Source: Vicugna vicugna
Lineage: Eukaryota
DNA length: 64,000 nucleotides
Assembly: GCA_013265495.1 (NCBI GenBank)
Contig: MU058423.1
Coordinates: 2,247,061 to 2,311,060, forward strand
Direction: 5' to 3'
Below, piece by piece: positions 1 to 12,000 of this stretch (positions are counted from its first letter, which is position 1; each line of letters begins with the position of its first letter). Both the position numbers and the translations under genes were made by a program. The notes under the pieces were generated by a model. It made no database searches, had not been told where the DNA came from, and saw nothing but the letters and a program-made list of their open reading frames with translations.

Positions 1-56
1 CCTCTTTGTGGCGGTTCACATCCACTCCCAGCTTCATGCTCTGCAACACTGTGGTG
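1..56 (-). CDS. STRIP1: STRIP1 exon 16, partial ([18 protein letters not shown]...)
   Basis: ttccag|C acceptor; truncated by the window edge. Confidence 0.94.
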
Positions 57-3000
57 CTGGAAGCACAAGCCTCCGGGTGAGCCAGCGGCACGTGCAGCAG
101 CCCTCTCAGGGTGCTCCCAGGAGAGATGGGGCTCCTGAGCCTTCTCTGGGCAAAGCAACCACCTCACCACCCACCCTATGGACATCTCAGAGGTTAAGCC
201 AGGCTCCTCCCACCCACATCCCAAGCAATCCAGCTCAGCACAATTTATTTCTTCCTTGTGATGCCCCAAACACATTCTGGGCCTACTTCACTGCTTTTCC
301 TCCAAAAATGAACTTCTCATTTCAAGATCTCCCCTAAGCTTCTGCCACCATATGAACTTGTGTTCCTCAAAGTATATTCTATAGACTCTCAGTGTATTGA
401 GATGTTTCATATTAAGAGGAAAAAGGGTTTTGGAGTCATATAAATTTAGGAAGCATTGAGTTAAATCAGTTTCTTAATTTAGGAGTTCTTACTATAAATC
501 TTTCTAAGAGGAGATACAATATTTGACTCTGGAATCCTTTTTCCAAGGACTATCACAATGGCCTGGTGCTCTATGATACTCCCTTTGGTTTTAAGCCAAT
601 CCCTGCCTCCTCCCTCACTTGGCTATCATCGCCAGACTCCAGGGGCCCAGCCACCAGGGAGCTGGGCTCAGAGCTAGGTGGTATTGCCAGGCTGATAAGA
701 GATCGGGTCAAGGCCCAGGTCCTTCTCAAAGTAGAACATGATCTTGGTTTGTACTCACATCAAAAAGATGAGGTCAGTGCACCAGGGAGGAAGAACCCCT
801 AAGGATTTCACTATCACCCTGAGACATTCAGAAATATTACGGATGCCAGTTCACTGGCAAATAGGAAAGAATCTACACCCAGCTCAAGTTTGGCTGATTT
901 TTGTCCAGAAGCTAAAACCATACATCCTGGATGTGCCTAACACATAGCTTTTGAGGGAACATTTGGGGAAATGTCAAACACACTCCAGTTCATTTTACAG
1001 AGGAGCAAATGCCTTTCCCCAGTTCTCTCAGGGGTTCACTCAGTGGCAGAGCCTACACTGGAATCCAAGCCAGCTAGAGTAAGCCATTTCCCTAAGTAGT
1101 AAAACTAAATATTTAACCCAGTAAATTTTCCTCCTTCTGAGCCAGGAATACCTTAAACTTAACCTGCAGAGAAGTTAAGCCAAAACAATAACAAAAACAA
1201 AACAAAACAAAGAATAGCAACAGCAAAAAAACATCTAGCAAACACTGGGACTGAAAGGAAAACATTTCCCCTTTCCCCTCCACCCTGCCCTGCTCCTTTT
1301 CACAGGAACCACACATACTCTGTACAATACTTGAGACTTGATACTCACGGCATCTCCTCAGGCAGGACATCTGCTAGGATGTTGATTGAGTCTGTTTTGG
1401 CCTTTGAGGTGGGAGCTGCGGCCAGCAGGATCTTCAGCAGCGCGATCTGGGGAGGAGCAGACCACCGAGATAGCACGTATGAGCCCAGGGGCTGAAGTAA
1501 GCCCTAAGAGCTGGTCCTTCTGGAGGTGCTCAGGCAGCAGGAGGGGTTTAGGGACACCGGCAGGCACGCTCTCAAGGCCAGTGTAGGGGGGAGGGTGATC
1601 CCATGGCAGGCACCTACTGACAACCCCCCGAAGGGGCCGAGACAGAGCACCCTCAAGGAGGGTACTCAGAGGACGAGCACTCACCATGTACTGCGGCAAG
1701 CTGGGGAGCAAGCCTTGGTAGAGGGTTTCTGCAGGAACTTGCTCGACTTCCTCTTCTCCCTTTCAACGCAATGGGCACGGTGGGTACAAGCAACAAAGTC
1801 TGGTCCTGACAACGATCTCATGAGCCAGCTAGCTCGCCAGCTGACTGGAGGACAATGTCTGAGTATGGATGCCAGTGATGATGTTGGTAATGATGGCAAA
1901 CGACTAAGACAACATGCCTGGCACTTTACTTGTAAAAACTCATTTAATCCTTACTACAATTCTACGAAGGTTCCACAGTCATTCCCATTGAGCAGGCAAG
2001 GAAATGAAAGCAGAAAGAGATCCAGGACCTCATATAGGTCACCGCCCACTAAGTGGTGGAGCTGGGATTCAGAGGCAGGTGGCTGGCTCAGAGTCCTGCT
2101 CTTTAGCCCTGCACCTGACACATGCTACCCCTGCAGCGGGAGCTAGATTGGGAGCTTTTTGAAGGCAGTCCTGGGGCACTTTGTGAGATCCTGTGGGCTG
2201 AGGAAGGCCGCCAACTCACCCCCGAGAGAGGAGAGCGAAGGTACTCCTCCTCCATCTGTGCCTGCACCTCTGCGATCGACGTGTACTTGTGCTGGAGAGA
2301 GAGGGAGAGAGGCGCTGGAGAAAGCATCCTTCATTCTCCCGCCAGACACCCACACCTGGCAAAGACCCGACACAATTTTCTTGAAACACCACCTTCTCAG
2401 AGAGGACTAAGTCACCACACAGATCCTGAACTAAAGTCCCAAACCCAAAATATTCTCCTATGTGGGCACCCACCTCTTAAAACCAGTGTAAAACACCACA
2501 CATGGATTAGGAAAAAAGCAAATTAAAGGAGAGAAAGGGGCTTTCAGAGAGCTACAGTGACAGGAGAAAAACTTAAAAGCAGAATCAAGCAGTCAAGTAC
2601 TCAGAATCAGGCACTCAAAAAGCCTAGCTGCACAAGGCCCACTTAGTACTACAGATTTCAAAAATATATTTCAAAAACATTAACACTCCAGACATGCTGT
2701 TAGAGGAAACACCTCTTCTCCGCTCGTGATGGTCCCTCCCATGTGGAGGGACATCCAAGTACAAAACACTCCCAACCTCTCCCTGCCCCTTCCCACTCTC
2801 TCCTCCCCTCGCTGACTGGTGACTGTGGGAGCAGGAACGGGACATCTGGCGCATTCTCTCTCTCTCTTCTCTCTTAAGGAAAAAGAAAAGCCTGTGCCTT
2901 CTTCTGCTCCTTGACCAGGCTTAGCAGGGTCCCAGCACTGCCTGGGTCTGGGTAGGTGAGTCTGCCTAATTCTGAAGTAAGCTATCAGGACACCTGTTGC

Positions 3001-6000
3001 TGCTGTGTTCTTATGCCCCGTTCTCCAACTACTATATGGGCAATAAAGCTGGCATTTCAACCTCCATCTGCCTACTCCTCTAACTCAGTTGCCTTAGAAC
3101 TTGGGCAAGGAAATGGGAGGCTATTTACTAGGCTCCTTAAAACTCCGATTGGCAGGTAATGTAATCTTTAATGAACCCACAGTAAGTACCCCACAAAAGC
3201 TCAGCTGAAGTAAGTAAAACGTATAAAGAACTGTTTTAAAGGGTACCACCAGTCTGCCTATTCCTCCACCCTAGGCTCCTTCAGGCAGGCAACATCTAAA
3301 AAGGCTTCTCCCAAAGGGCTGCTCTCACTTTACTCCCTGGGGACCAAACTAGGCCCAAAGCTCACCCAGAGCCACCTACCTGTTTCAGAGTCTTGATGCT
3401 TTCGTGGATTGGCCTGGGCAGCCCCACCACGGTGTTGGTGTCACTGGAGAACAACAACGGCCCTGTGTTAAGCCTGGGTCCCCAAACACCAAAGGCCGGG
3501 AGAGTGCACTTCCTGCTCCTTTTCTTCAAAAGGAACTCAGATCACACTCACCTGCCTAGAGTGTAACCTATGAACTTGCTGCGGCTGGACTCGAGGAACA
3601 TCTCAATGTCTTTCTCTCTGCCAAAGGAACAGAGTGCGTCTTTCTTAAATGTTATTTCAAGGTCTCATGGTTAATAAAACATAGCCTGTCCAGAAATTGT
3701 AAAGCCAGAAGAAAAAGGCTCCCACAATTGTTTTTTTTTCTGAAAGGAAGAAAAAGAACTGAAATCTTCAGGCTATTCTTCATAATGTTGTTCGGATCAA
3801 TAATCTGAAAATATCTGTAAACAGTTTACCCAAAAACTTAAGGTGACACATAAAGCTTAAAAGCTTACTCTATTCAGATATTAATAACAAGTTTGTCAAA
3901 AGAATTTCTCAAATATTTAACACTTTTACAATTAGAGCTGTAAGCTACTGATTTTTTTCATATGAGTCATATTTTCCTGTCTCAAATAATCAGCCTATCT
4001 TGCATTTTCTGATGACCTGTTCTGTATTCCCATCACAGATCAAGAAAATGACTTCTCCAACCTTTCATATGTTCACCTATTTCTTAACTTGGTCCTCTTT
4101 CAAACAGATACAATTTCTCTACATCCAGGTACCTTCACATCCACTGATTCACACAGGTATCTCAAACATCTTAATTACGGTTCTCAAGAAATTCTTCTGT
4201 AATCTATCATTTTCTTTTAATAACTATACACAACCCCAGGGTGAGTGGAGATGGATTTGCTTCAGTAACCTTGTTTTAATGTTTTCCTATTTCCCCTTCA
4301 CTAGCATCACGTCTAACCAAGAACTAACCCACACTACTGACTCAAGAGCCACACAAGGGCCTCTCTGTGCAAGGCCAGCACCCCGACATCCGTGGGCCAG
4401 CACTGGACACTTTAAGAGAGGCTCATCCCAGAGCCAAGGTCAGCCTGGCCCTACACAGGACCTCATGTGGTGACTCAGGCTAGGTGCCAGGCCTAGGGGT
4501 GCGAGGGCTCTGGTTTTAGGAGCTAAGAGCGTTCGGGAGGTCTGAGACTCACCTGACCTTGGGAGCCCATGGGAGCCCCTTTGGGCAGGTAAGCCTCTCG
4601 GTCTGGGGGTGCTGCAGTGGGGGAGGCATCACCTCATCCCGCTCAAGGGGGAACGTCTCCCCCTCCAGACTGTTGTCATCATCATTCTCCTCTTCCTCTT
4701 CTCGAGGGTCATCAGCCTTGTAGGGATCCCGCTCGTTGAAGGCATCCAAGTTGTCCTGCTTTATCAGAGCCTGAGAGCAGAAGGAAGGGAGATCAGACCC
4801 CAAGAGCCAACTGATGAACCAGGAAGGGGGCAAGGAGGCTAGAGAAGCGATCACACAGAAAGGTGGCAGGAAGAGAGTAAGGAGCAGTGGAAAAACCAGA
4901 AAGGAAGTCAAGGATGGGCCCAAGTGACACATCAGTTCTTACCCATGTCCCTCCAAAGTGCCACATCCCAAGTACCCACTACAAACTGGGCCCTGGGCTG
5001 GGCACAGTGTCCCTGTCCTAAAGGCATTCATTCTGCCTTGCTGATCAGAGGGGACTTCCAACAACATCACTCGTCCAGGGACCACGCCACCGCGCATGTG
5101 CACCTTAGAACCCTCAGGAGTTGTAAGGACCTTGCTGCCCTCACCTTGTGCTCCCGACGGCCCCGCTTCTGCTGCTGCTCGATCAGGTCAGAGGCAGAGG
5201 CTGGTGGAGAGGCAGCCCTCATGTTGCGGATCACTTTGATGCTGTCCTCAGGCAGTGGGGGGAGGCCCAGGATGGCGCGCTTCTCGGCCTTCATGCTCTG
5301 CAGCTCCTCAAAGCCGCCTAGCGTGCACTGCATCACAGACGGGTGCAGAACCAGGGTAAGCAGGTCCCTGTCTGTGACAGGCTCCAAAGCACTCATGACA
5401 CCATGACCCACATCTTTGCAGAGACCTACACAACTTTTGAACAAGGGGACTAAATCCACCCACAGGAAACTCGAGCAACATCAGCATGGGAGAGGAGGAA
5501 AGGGAGCAAGGAGGGGAGACACACAGGCTGGCTGAGCCCTAGCGCACAAACACACTTAGCTCTGTATGTACGGCAAACTCTTCAAGAAAAAAAAGGCCTG
5601 TGTATAGCACAGGGTAATATATATAAGATCTTGTGGTAGCTCACAGCGAAAAAAAAATTTGACAATGAATGTATGTCTGTTCATGTGTAACTGAAAAATT
5701 GTGCTCTACACTGGAATTTGACACAACATTGTAAAATGACTATAACTCAATTAAAAAATGTAAAAAAAAAATTTAAAAAAAAAGGCCTGGAATGCTTGAT
5801 GCTTCAAGTACGTAAAAAAGTAGGTGACACACAAATACTTCAAAAGCTGTACATGTCAGTCTTTCAAAGTCAAATTGCTGAATGCTCAAATTTAAAAACA
5901 AAACCAAAAAACTTTCCTTTAAATATCACCCTAGAAGCAAAATCCCAGTAGGGTTCAGTAATTTTAGGCTGCTTAGTTCACTGTTTCTGAGCAATTCAGC

Positions 6001-9000
6001 TTTCCTCTCTGGCTTCAGTGAGGCTTCGTGGGAAACCAACAGGCTATCCGGCCAAGATCAAACATGTAGACCACTCTAAAGAGGCCCTAACCTCACTGAG
6101 CCCCGGCTCCGCAGAGCTGGCCCATTCTGAAAGGGAAGGCGAGTCCTAGGGAGAGCAGGCGTCCAGACTCCAGCTCCACTTTCTTCCCAGGTCGCTCCTC
6201 CTGGAGGGGAAGGGCTCCTGGTTTGGCCAAGGGCGCTGGTCAGCCTGCTCTCCCAGACCCAGCCCTTCTCTACCTAGAAAGAGTCAGGTTTCACAGCAGA
6301 CTCTGAGGGAAATGCAGGCTCAGGACTCATTCTTGCCTCTTTCAAAGGACTTCTGACTGAGGGGCCCCAATTATATCAGCTCTAATTCCACCTCAAATCA
6401 CTTCACAAACTCCAGGTCCAGGAGCAGCTGTCTGGGAGAAGGTTTTCTATGACTGCAGAAAACAGCTTCCAGGAATCAGGGAGCCAACAGTCTATTCTGA
6501 CTCAAAGGCCAAGTCCTCTTTGGCTGCAGTGAGCCAAAAGTGACACTTTTTTGTCACTTCCTTTCAGGAAGCTTCTCTTAGAATGTTTTTTAAACCAAAG
6601 CAGTTATGTATCCATATAATTCAATATTCAAAAGAATATACAGTGAGAAGTCTCCCTCCTGCCCCTACATGGAAGTGCTCACCAGTACAGTCTTCCAGAG
6701 CAGCAAGAGAACTTTCTTCATGGGGAAGTGAGGGGCATGGCCGCTGCAAAATTTGGTCACCATCCCAAACAGCATGATGGCAAATGGCTCATTGTTGTAC
6801 AGCGGGGAACCTGGAGGCAGCCGAAAGATGTCAGGACCACAGGCAGAACAGGACCCTCCCAAAGCCTCCCAGTCTCAACTCCCAGGCAGGGCCTCGAGTC
6901 CGGGTCCCCAGAGTCCTACCCAGCTCGGCCCTGAAGGTCTGTCGCATGGTCCTCCACTCGGCCTTATCACCCTCACACTCCTGATGAACGGTCTCCACAA
7001 TCAGGTACATGATGTTGAGCAAGACCCTGGAGACAAGAGCCAGCTCATAACAGAACAGGATGGGGGATCAAGGGAGCACCCCTGGTTTCCTCACATCCAT
7101 GCTTACGTGAGAAAAGCCTGTGCACAAAGGCTGAGTGGTGGGGGAGGGCTACAATGTAGTCAAAACTGAAAACAGAGTCCCACAGAGCACCTTGTGGTGC
7201 TTCCTTCTCTGTCCATGGTGTAAAGGTTGGGACCAGATTGTCTTCTAGTTTGTGTTTCTAGGGTCAAGCAAAGCGCTTACTCAAAGCGGGTGCTTAATAA
7301 ATGGCTGCTGAATGGGGGGATACGAACAGGAACGGCCAAAAGCACTTACTACCCTAAGCCTCCCAGAATGAGAACAACACAGAGGCAGGAGTGAGCCGTG
7401 GAAGCGGGTGTCAGATCAGACAAAGCAGAGGATGGTCAGGGTGAGAACAAGGAAGTGATGGAGTAGAAATCAGCAGGAGCAGGGCAATGGCCAGGGACCC
7501 TAACTACAGCGGGGAACACCACCGACATCTAGTCTGAAAACTTCCATATTCACAAAAAGAGACAGATTCTAATTCTCACAACAATGGGAAGCTGGTCTTG
7601 TTGTTTAGCAGTCGCTATCACTTCCGGCGCAGCCAGGAAACACCAGGAAGTTGTCAGGACTAGCCCTACGTAGACAGGGGCCAAGCTGTGCACAAAAACA
7701 TGGGAGCACAAGGAGCCACATCATGTGTTTCATCCGGATGCAAAATGCTACACCACCAGGTTTCTTGGCAGCAGTGTGGGCAGGAGGCTGCACCTCACTG
7801 TGGCTCTGTTAAGTGGCTTCACCCTGGATTTCCTTGGGAGTCTCAACCCAGAGTCCTACCTAGGGGAGAGCCCTCAGTAGGGCCTACTGATCACACACCA
7901 GGCACATGGCACCTGCAGATTATAGTGTGTGCAGATTAGGGTGTGAAGGAACACACACACAGCGAGGAAACCCAAAAGCACCCTCCCATGCCCTGCTCTG
8001 ATCTCGTTCTCCGGCTAGAGCTCAGGGAGCCCGGGCTTGCCGCTCGCCTCACCTGAGGTCGGTGCTGTCAGCCAGGGAGATGGCTGGCTTCCTCACCGCG
8101 CTGCTGCAGGCAGCACTGTTGCTGCACGAGAGATGTGAGAGTCAGTGCCTTCCACCAGGAAGGAAGAGAAGTGGTTCCCCTGACAAAGTGCTGCCCAACA
8201 GGGGAATTAAACACTATGCTCTGTACCCAGACTGCACAAAAGCCCACAGGACTCAGTGGGTAAGGACTCAGGCCCCAGACCAGACTGCCAAGGTTTGAAT
8301 CTTGGTTCTAACACTTAATAGTTACGTGCCCTTGGGCAAGACACTCAACTTCTCTGTGTCACAGCTTCCTCATCTGTAATATGGGGATGGTACTAGCACT
8401 TCGGTCATTAACATGACTTAGTATGTGTAATGTCCTTAGAACAATGCCTGGGGCATATAAGCATCTCATGAGGGCTTTTATAATTGATGATGTTTTCCTC
8501 AGATCAGCAGCAGCTGACCTGCTCACCAAGCAAGGGACTAGTGGAGACACAGGCTAGAGCAGGCTTTGTTTGAGCCCACGTGTCAGACTTGTGCCTGGCT
8601 TCCTGCTGAGGGGAAACTTGCAGCGCAAACACAATGGAGTCTGCAGGTTCAAAAGAGAGTTCAAAACAAGAGGCCTCCTTTTGAGGGGCATTGTAGGCCT
8701 GGGCAGGACCTGCACTGTCTGGAGAGATCTCCGGTGTTAGTGAGCTGCAAAACCCCTCATTAGTCTCCAAGGTTTGGGTGAGCATCTCCCCTGTTATTCC
8801 ACCTGGCTGGTCAGAACAGAGCCTGGGACCAGCCCCTCAGCCCCATATGGCCCATATAACCCTCTCAAAACCAGTTAGTTCTGCCAGCTCTGTCCCTCTG
8901 CCCCTGGCCTCCCTCTCTCCACTCAAGCCCCTCAGAAGAACTCACTCTATTTCCATATTCAGAAGCTCCACCAGAGCGTTGAATGTGCCAACCTCCAGGA

Positions 9001-12000
9001 GCAGAAAGATGTTGTAGCGCATCCAGGACTGCACCTCCGCCTCTGAGCTACACTCCCCGAAGGTGCCTGCAAACACACGGCACAGCTCACTGAGTCCCTG
9101 CCCGTATCTGACTAGGCAACATCACTGAAGGGGGTACCAGGGTGTCCACTCAGTACCTTGGGCAACATAGAGAATTGCTCGAGCCACCTTCAGCCTCCTC
9201 TCCCTGGCAGTGACCTCCAAGCCATCTAGGAGCCTCATGGCATGGGTGCGGTGCTGGTTGGTGTCCAGCTCGGTCCACTTCTTATCTGTCACTGCCGAGT
9301 GAGAAACCATTTATACTGGAGCCTGGAAACATCCTCACAGTGGAATGGACACCATGTTAACCCATAAAATTCAGGACTGCCACAGGACCAGAACACTCAG
9401 GAAGATAAATTACTCTCTATGTACGGGATGAGGTCACACTGCTCTATGAATCTGAATTTCCAGACTGAAACAAAGCTACTTTGGGTGCAATTTTAATCAC
9501 GTGGTTTTCTCCCCCCCAGTACTCACATTCTGAAAAGCCACCACCAGAGTACCTACAAGCCCACTCTAAATGTCACAACTGGCCTTGAACAATCATGGTT
9601 CAGCAGGATTCTCAGGTCTCTCCAGGATGACTTAGGTCGTTCAGCTGACTAAGAGAAGCCCTGCAGCTCTCATGATGCAAAGGGAAAGGAGCCAAGAAGT
9701 GGGGGAAATCATCTCACCATGGAACTGGAAGTCCTCCTCAAAGCATTTTCGATTCATCAGGAATTCTGGTCCTTCCGTGTAGCTGTAAAGCTCTGTTAAG
9801 AACAAAGTCTCATCATCTCCAGGTCCATGTCCCACAGCAGGTGTCACATGTAGCAGAGAGGGGAAGGTGTTTGCTTCTAGGCTGAACTGAGTCCCCGAGT
9901 TGCAGTGACCCCTGGACTACACTATCTAATTACTAAGGGGGTCTTAGTGCCCTGATGTGCACAAAGGAGGGAATGCTGACTTCCCCTGTAGCTGATAGCC
10001 AGAATGCCAGCTAGGCACAAACCCGGGCATTTCCAGTCCGACGCACATCGAGCCCACCATGCCATGCCAAGGGCTGCCCGCCACCACGAATATGTGTCTC
10101 TCAAGTGGCCCGAGAATAGGCCTTGTACTGTGGAGGCTAGAGAAGCAGCTCAGGCTGACTTCATATTACACGTGAGCAGCAGTAGCAGCGACAAACGTGC
10201 ACAGATGCAAGCACACCTCCTGGCATTCCTCATGACCCCCTGTTCCAGGAGAGACCACCGTCAGGGGGATTGTGTATGGCCAAGGAATATCAGTGTCCAC
10301 GCTGGGACTGGGCCACAGCCAAGTAGGCTGACCACACAGAGGTGCTTCACAAAAGTCAAGGACAAGCCAAAGTTATGAGATACACAGGGCTTGACTCCAA
10401 TAAGGAACATGTTTTATATATACATATCACTACTAGGACTAACTAGGGGGGGGAAATGAACTCCAAAACGACGTTCACTCTTAATTTTATTAAAGACCAA
10501 TAAGGAAAAAGGCATTCCCAAATAATAGGAAGGCTGTGCTTTACCCGAGAGCTCGGCAGCCCACTTGTCCGTGTCAGCATACTCAAACTCGAGGTCTGGA
10601 GACTCTGAATAGCCCTGTTGAGGACAGGAGAGTTATGCAAAAGATAACTGTGAGTGTTTTCCAAAGGGACAAACACATATGTTTCCAGAGACACTGTTGT
10701 GTTATGGGATGTCATTGTCTTCACTTTTCTGATGTTTCGTCACAATATTTTTTCTCCTGAGGGAGCTCAAGTCTGCCTAATAAGCCCTCTCAGGGTATCT
10801 TGCACTATTCCTTCAGAGCACTTATCATAATTCATAATTATGTATGCACACATGTATTTATTTAGTGTCTGCCTCTTCCCCATGAGACTGTAAGTTCCCT
10901 GAGAGTGAACATTTGCTCACCAATGATTTCACAATGCCCAACACACTAACTGGCATGAATGGCTGAATGAATGAATAGTTTAGACTCAAACACTTGTTGG
11001 ATGAATGAACACTAAAGCTTCTCTGTATTCTGTGCAGTGAAATGACCATTTCATATGGTGCTGAGATTTTGGAAGCCTCATTTCTTTCTGGTTAGAGGGC
11101 TATCAAGAGCTCAGGACAAAATGAGTATTGACACCCTCAGCCTTCCCGCCCTCCTCTCAAACTGCAGTGAGAATTACCAGACAGAGAAGGCAGCAGCTGA
11201 ACAGAAATGGCTTCCCTCCCACACACAAGAGAGAATGACAAAGAGAATCTTTTTACTGCTGGGGATAGGTGATTACTAAGGACACACCATCTTGGAAGCC
11301 TTATTCTGGGAAAAGAGAAGAGGTGAAGACAAAGGTAGTCCTCGGGCTTAATTACAATCTACCTGGGGAGACAAAGACCACCACAAAATGATATAATATA
11401 GCCACAAACAGCGAACATCACAAAGAACTCTACTCCTTATTCAGAGGTAACAGAGTGACACTTCCATAAGTTACTGAGCTTCAGTTTCTTCATTTACGGA
11501 ATGAGGATGACAAAAATCTATCCTGAAGGTTTTTTAAGGACTAATCAGTTATGGAGTACACAGTGAGCTCTCATCAAATATATGCTTCCCTGTCCTCCAG
11601 GCATTCCTCAGGCTCCCCGCCTACTGATTTCGGTAATGACTCAAAAAAGAGCCGCATCAGTATCTCTAAGAAAATGGATTTACACAGGTCTCTCAGCTTA
11701 ACTGTGTTAAATGTGTTAAATAGAAGTGGCCTTCCACGTGTCGCGCCTACATGGAAATTAACGGATAGAAAGTGATATTTAAATGCATCAAAATGTACTT
11801 AATAGTCACTTAGGAAAATGTTTATTTTAAAAGTAGAACTCTTCTCATGATGAAGGTGGATTCACCCCTACCATTTTCATAATCCTCCTTACTTGAAAAA
11901 TTAAGAAGTCACCACTGTGGTCCAATCAGTCCACCAAGCAAGGGCTACTAAAAGAGCAGTTTTGTTGCTTTTTCAAATAATTCACTTCAAGCTCAAAGCG

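Noticed and set aside
1526..2526. 206-aa and 134-aa plus-strand ORFs
   Set aside because: Antisense to STRIP1 exons and running through a MIR; no protein similarity that I recognise
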